Assembly: GCA_030265395.1 (NCBI GenBank)
Contig: JARFYF010000060.1
Location: forward strand, 11,856,673-11,920,672
Source of the DNA: Rhina ancylostomus
Lineage: Eukaryota
Direction of reading: 5' to 3'
Length of the DNA: 64,000 bases
The notes under the pieces were generated by a model. That model saw only the letters and a list, made by a program, of their open reading frames with translations, ran no database searches and was not told the origin of the DNA. This document shows, piece after piece, positions 52,410 through 64,000 of the stretch. Position 1 is the first letter of the stretch, and every line of letters begins with the position of its first letter. Position numbers and translations under genes: made by a program.

Positions 52410-52700
52410 TTTTGCACTTTATAGTAACTTTGTAGTAAAATATCACAAGGTGCTATAGCAATCAAAATTTGATGCTAACATGTTCAGGGATATTAGGACG
52501 GGGACCACAGCCTAGGCAAATTGATTGTTTTTAAGGAGACTCTTAAAAGGACAGGAGGTGGGGAGTGAAGCAGAGAGGTTAATTTAAAGAGTTCGAAAAA
52601 TAAAGCAACTAATGGCATGACTACTAATGGACAATCAACTAAAACTGGAGATGTGCAACAGCAAGGAAATGGAAGAATACAGGGATCATTGACTGAAGGA
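52410..52700 (-). mobile_element. L2-type LINE 3' end, decayed
   Basis: tttgcactttatagtaac...gatattaggacggggacc...ttttaaggagactcttaaa; a related remnant lies at ~17985-18130. Confidence 0.45.
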
Positions 52701-52857
52701 GGCAGGGAGAGAACAGGGCGAAGGTGAGGTCTGATAATAAAGCTGCTTCTTCAATGAGGTAAAAGATTTTGTTTGGTCACATATATTGAAAGTGGTCTAT
52801 TAGCACTGAAATGTTTAACCTACTCAGAAACCTAAATATCAATGTAATGAACAATAC

Positions 52858-52955
52858 CTAGGTACAAAGCATCTACTTCATTGCAGATATTTTGTAGTTG
52901 GCCTTGCAAACTTAAACCACTGTTTTCCCCATGAACCATTGGTAGATTTGAATTC
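52858..52955 (-). CDS. jhy: candidate jhy cassette exon A (98 nt, phase 2/1)
   Basis: tacag|G AAT TCA ... TAC CTA G|GTATTG is open in the frame set by the upstream exon (NSNLPMVHGENSGLSLQGQLQNICNEVDALYL). Weak polypyrimidine tract; no homology support. Confidence 0.35.
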
Positions 52956-53466
52956 CTGTATGCCAACTTGTTTTATCTTCTCGAAACAGATTACTGATGA
53001 ACAGAATTGCACATTTATCTGAAGAAGCTAGCACCTTGTTTTCCAGTGTCCAAAGAATTGAGACACTGAATTAATGTACTTATAGTTGCAGATGGTGTTT
53101 GGTCTTCAGCAATATTGAGGAAATGTGCTGATGGCTGCACTGTTTTGCAATATTTGTCCACTTATATTTCTTTTTGCCTCTGCCAATGTGCTGAATCTCA
53201 ATTTTCTTGATGGATATATTTTTCACTTTGGCAACATGCCTCATTAACCTTAAAAGATCATATCCACACAGAACAAGTGTGTAGATATTTTTCATTAGAC
53301 ATCAAAGTGTTCTTTGGGTAACTATAATACATTTTGCATAATCTCTCACCATAACTAACCTTCTGATATACAGGTTTTAATTAACACTATTATGATTTTA
53401 TTTTACAGATGTTGATTCCATCAACATTTATGGAAATTTTAAAAGACCATGTTATTTTCTGCTTAC

Positions 53467-54263
53467 CTTGAACTCCCATATTCCTTTCCAAAATAGTTGT
53501 GATCTTCTCTCATCATTTTTTCCTGGTTCAGGGAGTAAGGTATCGGATTTGACTGGGGATGATTGTAAAGACCTGGTGCTAATGTTCTAGTAAGTGCAGC
53601 TTGATGATAGTTAGTTTTGACCATTAGATCATGATGGGCCTGTGCATAGAGTACTTCAAAAGGGTCTTGTAGATTACACATGAGTTGATGTTGCCCATTT
53701 TCTACCACTTGCAAAGCTGTTGAAAATTTTGATGGGTCAGTGCTGTATTGGTGTGGATTGTGAGTAGTCCTTTGAGAGTCCTGAAAATATGGAACAGGAT
53801 TTTGGTGCTGCAGTGCATTATAAACATTGTGGCTATTGTAATATGAAGAACCTTGGCTCACTGGATGATGTGATGCTACTAGTCTAACAGTCGTTTGTGT
53901 ATTATCACTAGATATAGTTGGGACAAAATCTGAAGAAGTATTTAAATGAATGTTGAGATTCACTGTTGGCTGAGGGTTGGGAATAAAAGCATGACCAACT
54001 TGAGTGCGTGATGATGAGGGAAATGTATGGTCACTGCCTGGAGTCAATGGAACACTGTCATCATCTCTATGAATTATTAGCAACTCAGATGTGTTTTTAT
54101 TCTGGTGAACCTCCACATCTTCAACATATCGCAACTTCTCCTCATGCTTAGTTTTCTGTGTATGCTGTTTAGTTGAAGGCTTATCAGGTGGTCGTGGGGG
54201 TTTCTCTCTCACTACATCCGTCAATCCTTTTTTCTTAGTAGATAATTGTTTTGTCTTGTAGTT
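53467..54263 (-). CDS. jhy: jhy large internal exon
   Basis: Longest ORF in the window. Acceptor tttttttcag|AAC, donor AG|GTAAGC; 797 nt, phase 0/2. Low-complexity S/Q/N/H-rich protein including PTVNLNIHLNTS. Confidence 0.8.
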
Positions 54264-54630
54264 CTGAAAAAAATCATTAGCATAAAAATACAACATATAA
54301 ATACCAAAATATTGTGGGGAATTTTCAACTGCCCATTTCCTCCTTGATAAATGAACAATCTGCAATTAAAACTCAGAAGGACTGGGGTGCTTTGGTAGCA
54401 CCAATCATTCCCAGGGTCAGCCCTGGTAAGCCTACAAATTAGGACCAGTTCACTTTAAGTGAGAAAATGTGCAAACCAAGGTGTTGTTGCTGGTTGTTGG
54501 ATGCTCTTTCTAACCTTCACATACAAAGGGTTTGACAACATGCGATGCACGCTCGACCTAGTTGTATGAGGCATTCAGTGACCCAACCTGAGATCATTAA
54601 AGGGCCAGAGACCTCTCAATAAACAGGTCA

Positions 54631-54686
54631 GAAATCTTAAACTTATTTTGCTTGCCATGAAATCTTAAACTTATTTTGCTTGCCAT
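54631..54686. repeat. perfect 28-bp tandem duplication
   Basis: gaaatcttaaacttattttgcttgccat x2. Confidence 0.95.
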
Positions 54687-55209
54687 ATTCTTCTCAGGAT
54701 CCTCAGATACCTAGCTGGTACTCAAGTCTTTTGCAGTCTCCTCTGAGGATTACTCATCACCAATAAGCTTCGCATTCAAATTAGCTGCTCTGCAGAATTC
54801 ATGGGTTTCCTGGTCCTACTTGAAAATTGCACTCTGCGTCAGAAATTTGAAATCTTGCAATATGATTAGTGATAAATTCAAAAAGAGAAGTTGTCATTGG
54901 GAGGAAAGCAAATCCTTCATACCATAAAGGGCAAAGCTGCATCACAAGAGTGTGAAGAAAGATAAAAGAAGATTTGTTAGTGGGCATCATACATGACAGA
55001 GGGTATGGCATTTTGAATACCTATTTTTTCCTTTAAGACAACATTAGTGATTCATTTATATTAAAACAATATCGTGCTCAAAGGCCAACTTAACTACTAT
55101 TTTACCACTGCAACTATGAGTCAAATGACCTCTTGTTGCTATGATTTTGTACTATTGCATACACTGATGGGTTTGCACCTCTGATCCTCAACCTGGTAAG
55201 TTTCTAGTA

Positions 55210-55680
55210 TGTAAGAACATACAAAAAAGAAGCAGGATTAGACTATTCTACCCCTCACATCTGCTCACCCATTTGATAACTTCATGGCTCACCTCTTACA
55301 TTAGTGTTACTTTCCTCCGCTAACTGTCACTCCCTTGATTACAATAAAATTCAAATATCTATTGAAATCTTTAGTGACTGAGTCTACATGGTCCTTTTTG
55401 TGGAGAATTCCAAAAATTCACCATCTTCTAGGTGAAGAAGCTTGTCCTGAATGGTACACACCTTACTCTGAGATTGNNNNNNNNNNAGACACCCCAGCCA
55501 GGGAAAACATCATTCTTGCCTCTTCCCTGTCAAGCCCTATAAGAATTTTGTACAGTTTAATAATGTTGCCCCCCCACCCCCATTTTTCTAAACTCAAGAG
55601 ATTTTAGGATGATATTTCCTCTCCTCATAGGAAAAAGCGACTATGCCAGGAATCAATCTCGTGAATTTTTGTTGCATTCT
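55210..55680 (-). mobile_element. CR1 LINE 3' end, decayed
   Basis: taagaacatacaaaaaagaagcaggattagac...gagaattccaaaaattcacc...; continues at ~55975-56105. Confidence 0.65.
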
Positions 55681-56811
55681 TGGTATAATAAGCACAGGCA
55701 ACCCCCATCTTACAGCTGTTTGGATAATGGAAATTCACCTTTACAAAATTCACAAATCACCGCCCAAAATCTTGAGATATGGAATAAAATTCACTATCAC
55801 AGAATTTGTGTGAAAAAAGTAAATAAATCAATACAATTTTATTTTTTTACTTGAATTCCTTGATGCATGCACATTTGACATGGCTTCGTATTATGGAAAA
55901 TCACAACATGGACCATTTCTAGGAACATAATCCTCTCATAGTGCAAGATTTGCCTGTATGTCCTTTCTTAGGTAGACTTGCACACAACCTGTACACAACA
56001 GTTCAGGTGCAATCTCACCGGAGCCTGAAATAATTGTAAATAGATGTTTTTATTATTCTACTCAAATCCCTTTATAGTGAAGGCCAACACACTATTTGCC
56101 TTCCTATTGTAAGGATGGCCCATGCCTTATTCAATTGAGACCTGTCCCAATGGAACAGCTCTTTCTCCAGCACTGCTGCCAATGTCTCCTGAATTACAAT
56201 CCATTTCTCCCACATCAGTCTCTGAGCTATGCATTCAGTTTTCTGATCTTACTGATTCCAAGCTTCTGTTCTTAATTCTGTCCATGCAGTTACAGCAGCA
56301 TCATGACTGTTGTTTTCATAGGAACTAGTAAGAAATAATTGGAAAAATAGTTATCAAGCTGTTCCATTTTACAAGGACTATTTGGTTTACTCTATAGAAA
56401 CTGGACATTTTTGGGTCTTGGCTGAAGAACAAGCAGGGAGAGGGAAGAATTGAAGCTCAGCTCACTGAGTATTCATTGTCCTGCAGCTTTTGAATGGAAG
56501 GCCACAGGAACATAGAACTTCATGTGCTGCCAAAGACCAGAGCTGACAGTTGGCAAAGAGCCCTAGTCACTACTCCTTTGAAACTGAACATAAGCATATC
56601 TACCCACTTTTCAGATCACGATGTATTGTAATTTGCCACATATTCTGGATGTGAAGACAAACAATTATTAGAGCTGTGTCAAAATATCACATTAAATTTG
56701 CAGATTATCAATTTTTGACATTAATAACCTGTTTAATCATTATATTATGAATGACACTGGTCAAAATAACAGCATATTAAATGATAAGAATTCATAAATA
56801 ATCCACCTAAC

Positions 56812-56928
56812 CTGTAACTTCTGTGCCCTTTCCTTCCACTTCATTTCAGTACTGTTCTCTTGACAATCCACAGTATTTTGCTTGGACTCCTCAATAGTCA
56901 TGATCTTGGAACCTTTAGTAGTGGACAC
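56812..56928 (-). CDS. jhy: jhy internal coding exon (most 5' recognisable exon in window)
   Basis: ctaaag| VSTTKGSK...STEMKWKERAQKLQ |GTTAGG; 117 nt, phase 0/0. KWKERAQKLQ joined to NYK resembles the recalled KWHQRAQQLK-NYQ motif of human JHY. Confidence 0.75.
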
Positions 56929-57604
56929 CTTTAGACATAAACAACTGGTTTGAAGATACACAACAAATATCTACATATTATTAAAATAAGATTATCTAAT
57001 CATCTTTAAACGTGGTCATTTCAATGTAACTTGTTCCACACCCATATTAAATTTGGTGACCATCCTAGCTCAGCATATTTCCCGTAAGGTTCCCCATTAA
57101 GACCGACTGTGTCAACAGAAAACTTATGAAGTCTATATTTGTGTCAAGTTCAATAGTGTCAAGCAGGATATACCTCCTTCCAGTTTTTCAGGTTCCATCA
57201 TGATAACAACCTTGATACAAGTTGGTATTGTCAGACAAGTACTAAACTTTACTTTCCAATCTGTTAACATTTATCTTAATGACTTCTTCCCTGCCCTTTT
57301 GTCACATTTACAATGTTATTGTTTGCTTCCCAGGTGCATCCAACACTTGGTAGTTTCCACTGTTTGCTGCTATCAGGTATCCTATTTTTCTCTATAAAAG
57401 GTGTCTACTTCTTCCTCGGGTGATGCCAGTGGATTCTCACTTTTCCCATCCATGGCTGTTGTTGACTGGAACTGCTCGTGCTCTGCAGTTTTCAGTTACT
57501 TGCTTAACATTCACACAGTTTCCCTTTGCCTAAGATGGTCAACCACCATTGCCCTGCTGATGCATGTCCCTGAACCTAGTTTATTATTTTTATCAACTTC
57601 TATT

Positions 57605-57845
57605 TAAAACCAAGATGAGAAGAAATTTCTTCTCTTATTGGGTAGTGAATCTGTCCCAGAAGGTGGTGGAGGCCAGCTCAATAGAACTATTTCAGATGGA
57701 GGTAGATATATATTTGAAAGATCTGAGATTTGAGGGCCATGGGAGCTGGCACAGAGGAGGAGTTGAGGCCAGCACAGATCAGTCATGATCATATTGAAAG
57801 ACTTGAGGGGCCTGGTTGCCTACTATTGCTCCTATTTTTCTCTAT
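57605..57845 (+). mobile_element. CR1 LINE 3' end
   Basis: FKTKMRRNFFSYWVVNLSQKVVEASSIELFQMEVDIYL ORF2 end plus tail. Confidence 0.8.
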
Positions 57846-58599
57846 TAATGTGTACTTGACTTCTTTTGCTAGGAAGATTGTAAGTCCTAATCACCTCACA
57901 TGATCATTCCAGACCCCAATCATTTGACCCCTTTGTAAGTTATTCTTTTCTGTTCAACTTTATCCACCAAATTAAGCTGACACAAACTTTGTAGCATTTA
58001 ATTAGCACTCGTAATATACACCTTCTTCTCCTACTCTTTTCATGTCTTTTCCAACATCTCCGGTATGACCACTGCATTGAATGGATCTTCCTAGCCTCAC
58101 CACTCTCTCAGCTTTTTCCAATTACTATCAATTCCTTTCATAATACCCTTGTACGGTGGCACAATGGACTAATAATGAACAATCCAGAGACCTAACTTCA
58201 AATCCCACCATGACAAATATGGACATTTTATTCAATTAATGATCCACAATTTGGGAAAACAATAACTAATCTTAGTAACGATAACGACAAATATGACCAG
58301 ATTGTGGTAAAAACCTTTCTAGTTCACTAATGTGTAGCCTTATAGCTGATAGCTAAACCTCTACAAAGCATGATAAGAAATCAACTTTACATGAAAAACA
58401 GGTTATTGTGAAAAGAGCAAAAGGTTAAATACCACCATTCTATAACAGTCCACACACAATTACAGTTAATGGTTTAAGTTGTCTGATGAAGCTAAGAGAA
58501 TTCATAACTGTTTAAATAGATGAGTATTCTACAATATTAAATGACTGATCACAGAATTATGCATTGGAAGCTGTCATGAGAAGCAATCTGTGACATTTA

Positions 58600-58850
58600 A
58601 ACTGTGAGGTAGCATGGGATACCACCTGCAGCAGGCTCCCCTCTGCGTCGCATACTGTCCTAATATGGAAATATACTGTGAGTCTTTTATTCTCACAGGG
58701 TCTAAATCCTGGAACTCTCTACTCAACTGCACCATGGGACCTCCTTTACCAGACAGACTGCAGCAGTTCAAGAAGGCAGCTGACCACCACCTTCTCACAG
58801 GCATTTGGGGATAGTCAATAAGAGATTCTCCAATCCTAAAAAATGAATAA
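58600..58850 (+). mobile_element. CR1/L2-clade LINE 3' end
   Basis: GSKSWNSL...LQQFKKAADHHLL, same family as 28020-28397. Confidence 0.75.
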
Positions 58851-58944
58851 CCTTTGAAAAAACTTAAGGAATTAATTGGAAACTAACAAAGAGGAGACAA
58901 GCTGCCCTCAAGCCTTTCCCAGCATCTCCTGCCCTCTCAGGACT

Positions 58945-59865
58945 GAGCAACTGCTCTGTCTAAAACCACAAGAAATTGCAGAGAATTGTGAATGCATTGT
59001 GGCGACTTAACTTTCACGAACCGGCTCCCAGGATCGCGAGCATTGTCGGAGGCCCTGACACAAGATGGCGCGGGGCACACCTTCTTTGTGGGCTAGTGGA
59101 GCCTATGCGCGGGAAGGTCATGTGACTTGCGCGTGACGTCAGCGCGGGAACGGTGTTTATTAAAGGGGCAGTGCACCCCAGTCGTTTGTTCGACTTTTGG
59201 ACTCCAAACAAGTNNNNNNNNNNNNNNNNNNNNNNNNNNNNNNNNNNNNNNNNNNNNNNNNNNNNNNNNNNNNNNNNNNNNNNNNNNNNNNNNNNNNNNN
59301 NNNNNNNNNNNNNCAGCGCGGGAACGGTGTTTATTAAAGGGGCAGTGCACCCCAGTCGTTCATTCAACTTTTGGACTCCAAACAAGTGTCCCGTGTCTTT
59401 ATTCAGTGTTGCTAGTCGCTACGGCATCACCAAAACCAACTTCCCTTCCATTGACTCTGTCTATACTTCCAGCTGCCTCGGGAAACAGGGCAAAACAAAA
59501 TCAAGGACCCCTTCCACCCCAGTCATTCTCTCTTCTCCCCTCTCCCACTGGGCAGAGGGCACAAAAGCCTAACAGCATGAACCACCTGACTCAAGGACAG
59601 CTTCTAATCCACTGTTAACAGACTTTTGAACAGACCTCTCATATGCTAAAAGATGAATGCTTGATTTCCCAATCTACCCTGTGATGGTTCTTGTACTTTA
59701 TTTGTCTACCCTGCATTGTACTTCCTCTGTAACTGCAACACTATATTCTGCATTTTGTTTTCTTTTTATTACCTCAATGTAATTATGTATGACATGATCT
59801 GTCTGGAAACAAAAGCTTTTCGCTGTATCTCGGTACATGTGACAATAATAAACCAATACCAAACC
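58945..59865 (+). mobile_element. Rex1-type LINE 3' portion, interrupted by an LTR element
   Basis: 58945-58997 (NCSV*NHKKLQRIVNA) continues at 59424 (ITKTNFPSIDSVYTSSCLGK...DPFHPSHSLFSPLPLGR) through to the tail caataataaaccaatac. Confidence 0.8.
58998..59423. mobile_element. young LTR element with 4-bp TSD GCAT, gap inside
   Basis: Inverted termini TGTGGCGACT ... AGTCGCTACG, with GCAT at 58994-58997 and 59424-59427. CpG-rich, with YY1 (59061-59070), GTCATGTGAC, CRE TGACGTCA (59134-59141) and a TATA-like motif. Confidence 0.8.
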
Positions 59866-62742
59866 ACTAATATCAATTGACTGTTACCGCTTTTTCTCCA
59901 GCAAAACTTTATGAAAGATGGATCAGTAGGTTCCACTGTGATCTGTGACTCTTGTCTGCGGCTTGATGAAATCACGGAAATGAGGCTCAAGACCCAGGTG
60001 TTCTTAGAGGTTTTAAAATATAAATTTTCCTCTTCTGTCCTTTTACTCTTTTCCTCTTATTTGACTCTCTTTTCCCTTGTGTATGTGATTTGACTCTAAT
60101 GCTATTTTCTTTGCCATTCCACTGCTTTCTCAATTGATAAATCTTATTGATCAAGGAGGCAGATGAATAATCCCAAGTGCTAGATGATCCACTGATCTTG
60201 CTGAATCATTATTAGTTCACTTCCTGCAGTTTGCAGCACAGAATTTTTGACCAATAGGGTTTGGGAAAAAGTTCAATAGGGTAGTTCTTGAACATCCTCC
60301 ATTCTTGCAAAACCTCAGATTTTATTGCACTGCTTTTAGCAATCTTGTAAAGCCATGCAGTTAGTTTTGAGCTGTAGTCAGCAATGTGACAAAAAGTAAT
60401 TGTAATCTTCTTCAGCCATTTGATTAGCTTGCTAAATTAAAATCACACATATTACACCTGCTTTTAATAATTTCTGTAAATCACCTTTATAAATCCTCTT
60501 CTGTTTCCTACAACCATATGTCCAACAAGTGGGAAAAATTCAATACAGTACTTGTCACTGAGACTGAGATCAAATATTCAACTGCTCCTGCAGTAATAAA
60601 ACAGTTTTGTTGAAAGTTTATTCATCTTAAATATTAACTTTGTATTTCTCTCCAGATGCTAGCTGACTTACTGTGTATTTCCAACATTTTCTTTCTCTAT
60701 TTCAGACTTACAGAATCTGTAGTTAACTGTTTCTCACTTATAGTATTATTAGTGATTGCTCTTTCTCACAGATGATGGAGAGTTACAGCATATACTATGC
60801 AACATAAATTATTAAGGTCACAGATTTCTGGTGTTTACCTGACAACAGTTAAGACTTAGCATACCTTTAAAAAAAAGTACAATCCCTAATTCCCTACTGT
60901 GGGTTTAATCAGGATCTGTGATGTCAACACAGGATGTTTGTGATTTTCAATACTTTTGGATAGGGAGTCAGATGATAAGGTGATGTTTTCATGGAGCTTA
61001 TCGAAGTGCAGAACAACATAGATTTTCATGTTAACTGAGCATGCATGCTTGCTGGAGGCTGTTGTCCCATTTGTCCACAAAGAATGGAGAGCCTCACAGC
61101 AATACAGCTTATTGTGAGTTAATTATATCAGCATAAACACCTAAAAATTGTACTACCAAATTACATACACAACATGCAACAATCAAGAAAGGCAAATTAA
61201 TTATGTGGATGGTCACAGGGTCATTCAATTTGGAGGATAAAGAGAGTGCATAGGTGAAGCACTTCAGGCATGAAGCAACAATGATATACTCTTAATCAGC
61301 CCACTCATTCACAGAGATGAATAATGCACATCACAATGATGTATAATTGAAGCAAAGATATTGGTTTATAATGAAGATACAGATACAAAAGTCACGCCAA
61401 TATGATCTTGTGGCACTTTTTATTTCTATTTAATCTATAATATGCACAATGCAATATATAAATTTCAGAAAAAGTATAGGAGAAAATATAATTTCCACCA
61501 CCCTTCTTCCCACTTACCTCAAGTTCAATGCCACTAACTTGGTTAATTTCCATTGGGTGGGTAGGATTAAAATTGTCCGTAAACAAAGAAATGACAATAA
61601 AAATATTCTACAGTCAACAGTGAAAATGTCTGGACTCCTATTCAGAGGACTTGAATGAGATTTCAACTATGACTTTCATACAAACTCATTTCTTTTAGTA
61701 ATTTCTGGACAGGGCTATTAAAGGAAAATGTTTACTCAAAGGGTAGATTATTTGGAAATATATTATGAAGAATCTCACCAAGAAAGAGCTCAGTAAAAAT
61801 GTGGAATTATTACAGCATGCAGCAAAATCATATCATTGTAACACAAAGGAGGAAACATTCTAAGCTTAAAGGTGAAATTCCCTTATACATTAAGTGTGAA
61901 TAAATGATCTTAATAAAAAGTATTACTTTACATAACAGCATTTTCTAAGTTATAGATAGCTAAGCTATTTTAAATTAAATGTGTAGTTATTAAATCAAAG
62001 TCCTGTACNNNNNNNNNNNNNNNNNNNNNNNNNNNNNNNNNNNNNNNNNNNNNNNNNNNNNNNNAACACACAATGGATTCATTCACATTTATCAGGTCAT
62101 TAACCTGAAACACTAGCTTTATGTCTCTACCCATAGATGATACCATAACTTCCCAGAATTTTCTGTTTTTATTTACTGGATTCAATTTGTTAGTTTAAAC
62201 AAATATAGTTTAAGAATTTTAAGGGTCACATTACATTCAGACATGTGGACAACTAATACTACCTTCTGCCAAAATAATCCATAATATGTTATTCTTTTGC
62301 AGAATCTGTTGCTAACCAACTGAATTGGGTTTTGTGGGAATCAAAATCTGCTTAGCTGGATGAATTAAGTGTGTTGATTTTCCCCCTTGATTAACTGCTA
62401 AAACTCTAGAAAGTTTGTCTGGAAAGTTAACTAAATTGACAGTATTCCTAAAATTCCTACTCTCACTGAATCCATTTAATTTTATGATTGGTGAAGGAGT
62501 CAAGAAATGTCAGCAGAGAAGTCACCTAGCATTACAATACATAAAATAAAAATAGAAAATGCTGGTAATACTCAGCAAGTCAGGCCACATCTGTGGGAAG
62601 TGAAAGAGTTAAAGTTAAAGTTTCAGGTTGAAGACCCTTCGTGAGATTTTCACTTAGCTTTATAACACATTGATGTAATTGTACTGCGAAACTGAGATTT
62701 CTGCACGATCATAGTTTAAGGTAGAAAGGCCAAATTTGCTAC

Positions 62743-63019
62743 AACAAACACTCTGCTAGAGGAACTCAGCTGTGCCTGTAGGTGGAAAGGAATTGTCAAT
62801 CTTTCGGCTCAAAACCCTGCATCAGGTCTGCCACTGTTTCAGCAATCTTCCATAAGCCTTGGACTCCTGTCTTACCACTCCCCCTCTCCTCTTTATACTG
62901 GCCATCTCCCCTCTCCACTCTCAGTCTCACTCTCAGTTTTGACTTGAAACATTGACAATTCCTTTCCCCCCAAACAAATGCTGCTTGATCTGCTGTGTTC
63001 CTCCAGTAGACTGTTTGTT
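62743..63019. mobile_element. Penelope-derived inverted-repeat element
   Basis: Arms 62743-62765 and 62997-63019 (20/23 complementary), plus a perfect 17-bp inverted pair 62784-62800 / 62951-62967. Related half-elements at ~32825-32960, ~45555-46050, ~60640-60730 and ~62545-62645. Confidence 0.7.
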
Positions 63020-64000
63020 ACATTAATATGGACTATTTCCTTATCTGAGAAATTAAAGATGAAAATTAATATTGTTCAATTACTAGTGCATAACCTTACT
63101 TTTCTAACCTTCAAAATACTCTGTTTGATACTGGGCATCCAAAGTGGATGCATTCAGCATACCATTTTTGATATCAGTTGGTTTGATAAGTACAAAGTAA
63201 AAATCACCAAGGAAATTGAATCAATCTCTATTTAACAATTGTGTGTAAATTATTTTGACATCTAGCACTTTAACATTATATTTGTACCAGCACAAGAAAA
63301 TTCAAGTTAAAAGGAAAAATATAAAAAAATTTCCCTACTGTTACCCTGAATTTGAAAAATGAATAGTGAAAATTGATTATATTGTATTAATATTACTCAG
63401 AAAGAGAGCAGTTTCTATTGAACATATTATTTTATGCTAATTAGTCCCCAGTTGTCACCATTTTCAAAATCCCAACAGCTGAACAGCGTGTGTGAAAGGA
63501 AAGTTTACACAATGATTTGCTGTTATCTCCACTAATTACAGAAATAGATATTGCCTAATGCTTAAATAAGTTTCATGTATATCCTTCACTTGATTGTTTG
63601 ATTCCTTGGCTTTAAGTCATTTTAGCACTTGTCAATAAATTAAAAGAGGAGCATTTTTCACCACGAGGCCATGTTGGAAGCTTTTCTGAATAACATGGCT
63701 GTGCACCTGGCTAAAAAATAGATATATAATGTACTACTTTCAAGTATTCTTCATTTTATATCAGCAGATGATGGAAAAATAACTTTTGCCTAATCAATAC
63801 CGCTAACTGGGGCAAAAGATCGACAATAATAGCATTTATCGCTGAAATAATGGTATAATCAGATTCTACAAAACCCTTATGTATGATTTAAATATGCTTG
63901 ATTTTGAATGTTTTCTTGTGATGTATCAAAGAATTCCAGTATGGATCATTAAGTACCAATTGCAGATATATTGATCCATCATTGCAACAAATTAAGCATA

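Noticed and set aside
59020-59200. CpG-rich YY1/CRE patch as the jhy promoter
   Set aside because: It is bounded by inverted termini and a TSD inside a LINE, so it is an LTR; the jhy N-terminal exons are not seen near it.
60886-62503. Minus-strand ORFs 60886-61080 and 62312-62503 as upstream jhy exons
   Set aside because: No recognisable JHY N-terminal motifs and no convincing splice-site pair; the 5' exons probably lie beyond 64000.
1-64000. A novel multi-gene system (defence island, CRISPR, endogenous virus)
   Set aside because: All credible coding sequence is explained by bsx, jhy and retroelement remnants; the other ORFs are short, span Ns or derive from repeats.

Overview
Vertebrate genomic DNA from a gappy draft assembly (17 N-runs). 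The repeat families (V-SINE, DeuSINE, CR1, Rex1, Penelope) suggest a cartilaginous fish (shark or ray). Two genes lie tail-to-tail, as in human 11q24. The first is a complete 3-exon bsx (brain-specific homeobox) on + (CDS 16171-21317, 236 aa) inside a ~12 kb CpG-retaining domain; it has an RE1/NRSE + CCAAT + GC-box promoter and an upstream cluster of OTX/CRX-type sites. The second is the 3' part of jhy (C11orf63) on - (six recognisable exons, 56928 down to ~41578); its stop codon is hidden in an N gap and its 5' exons appear to lie beyond the window end. The rest is intergenic or intronic DNA full of decayed LINEs, SINEs, Penelope-derived hairpin elements and three LTR insertions with clean target-site duplications. 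I found no convincing novel biological system. The best leads are a GC-AG intron and a frame-coupled cassette-exon pair in jhy, a NAGNAG acceptor and a weak donor in bsx, an RE1 element, candidate enhancers, hammerhead-like motifs in Penelope remnants, and a probably collapsed full-length LTR retrotransposon. Gene and repeat identities rest on recalled family sequences, not database searches.
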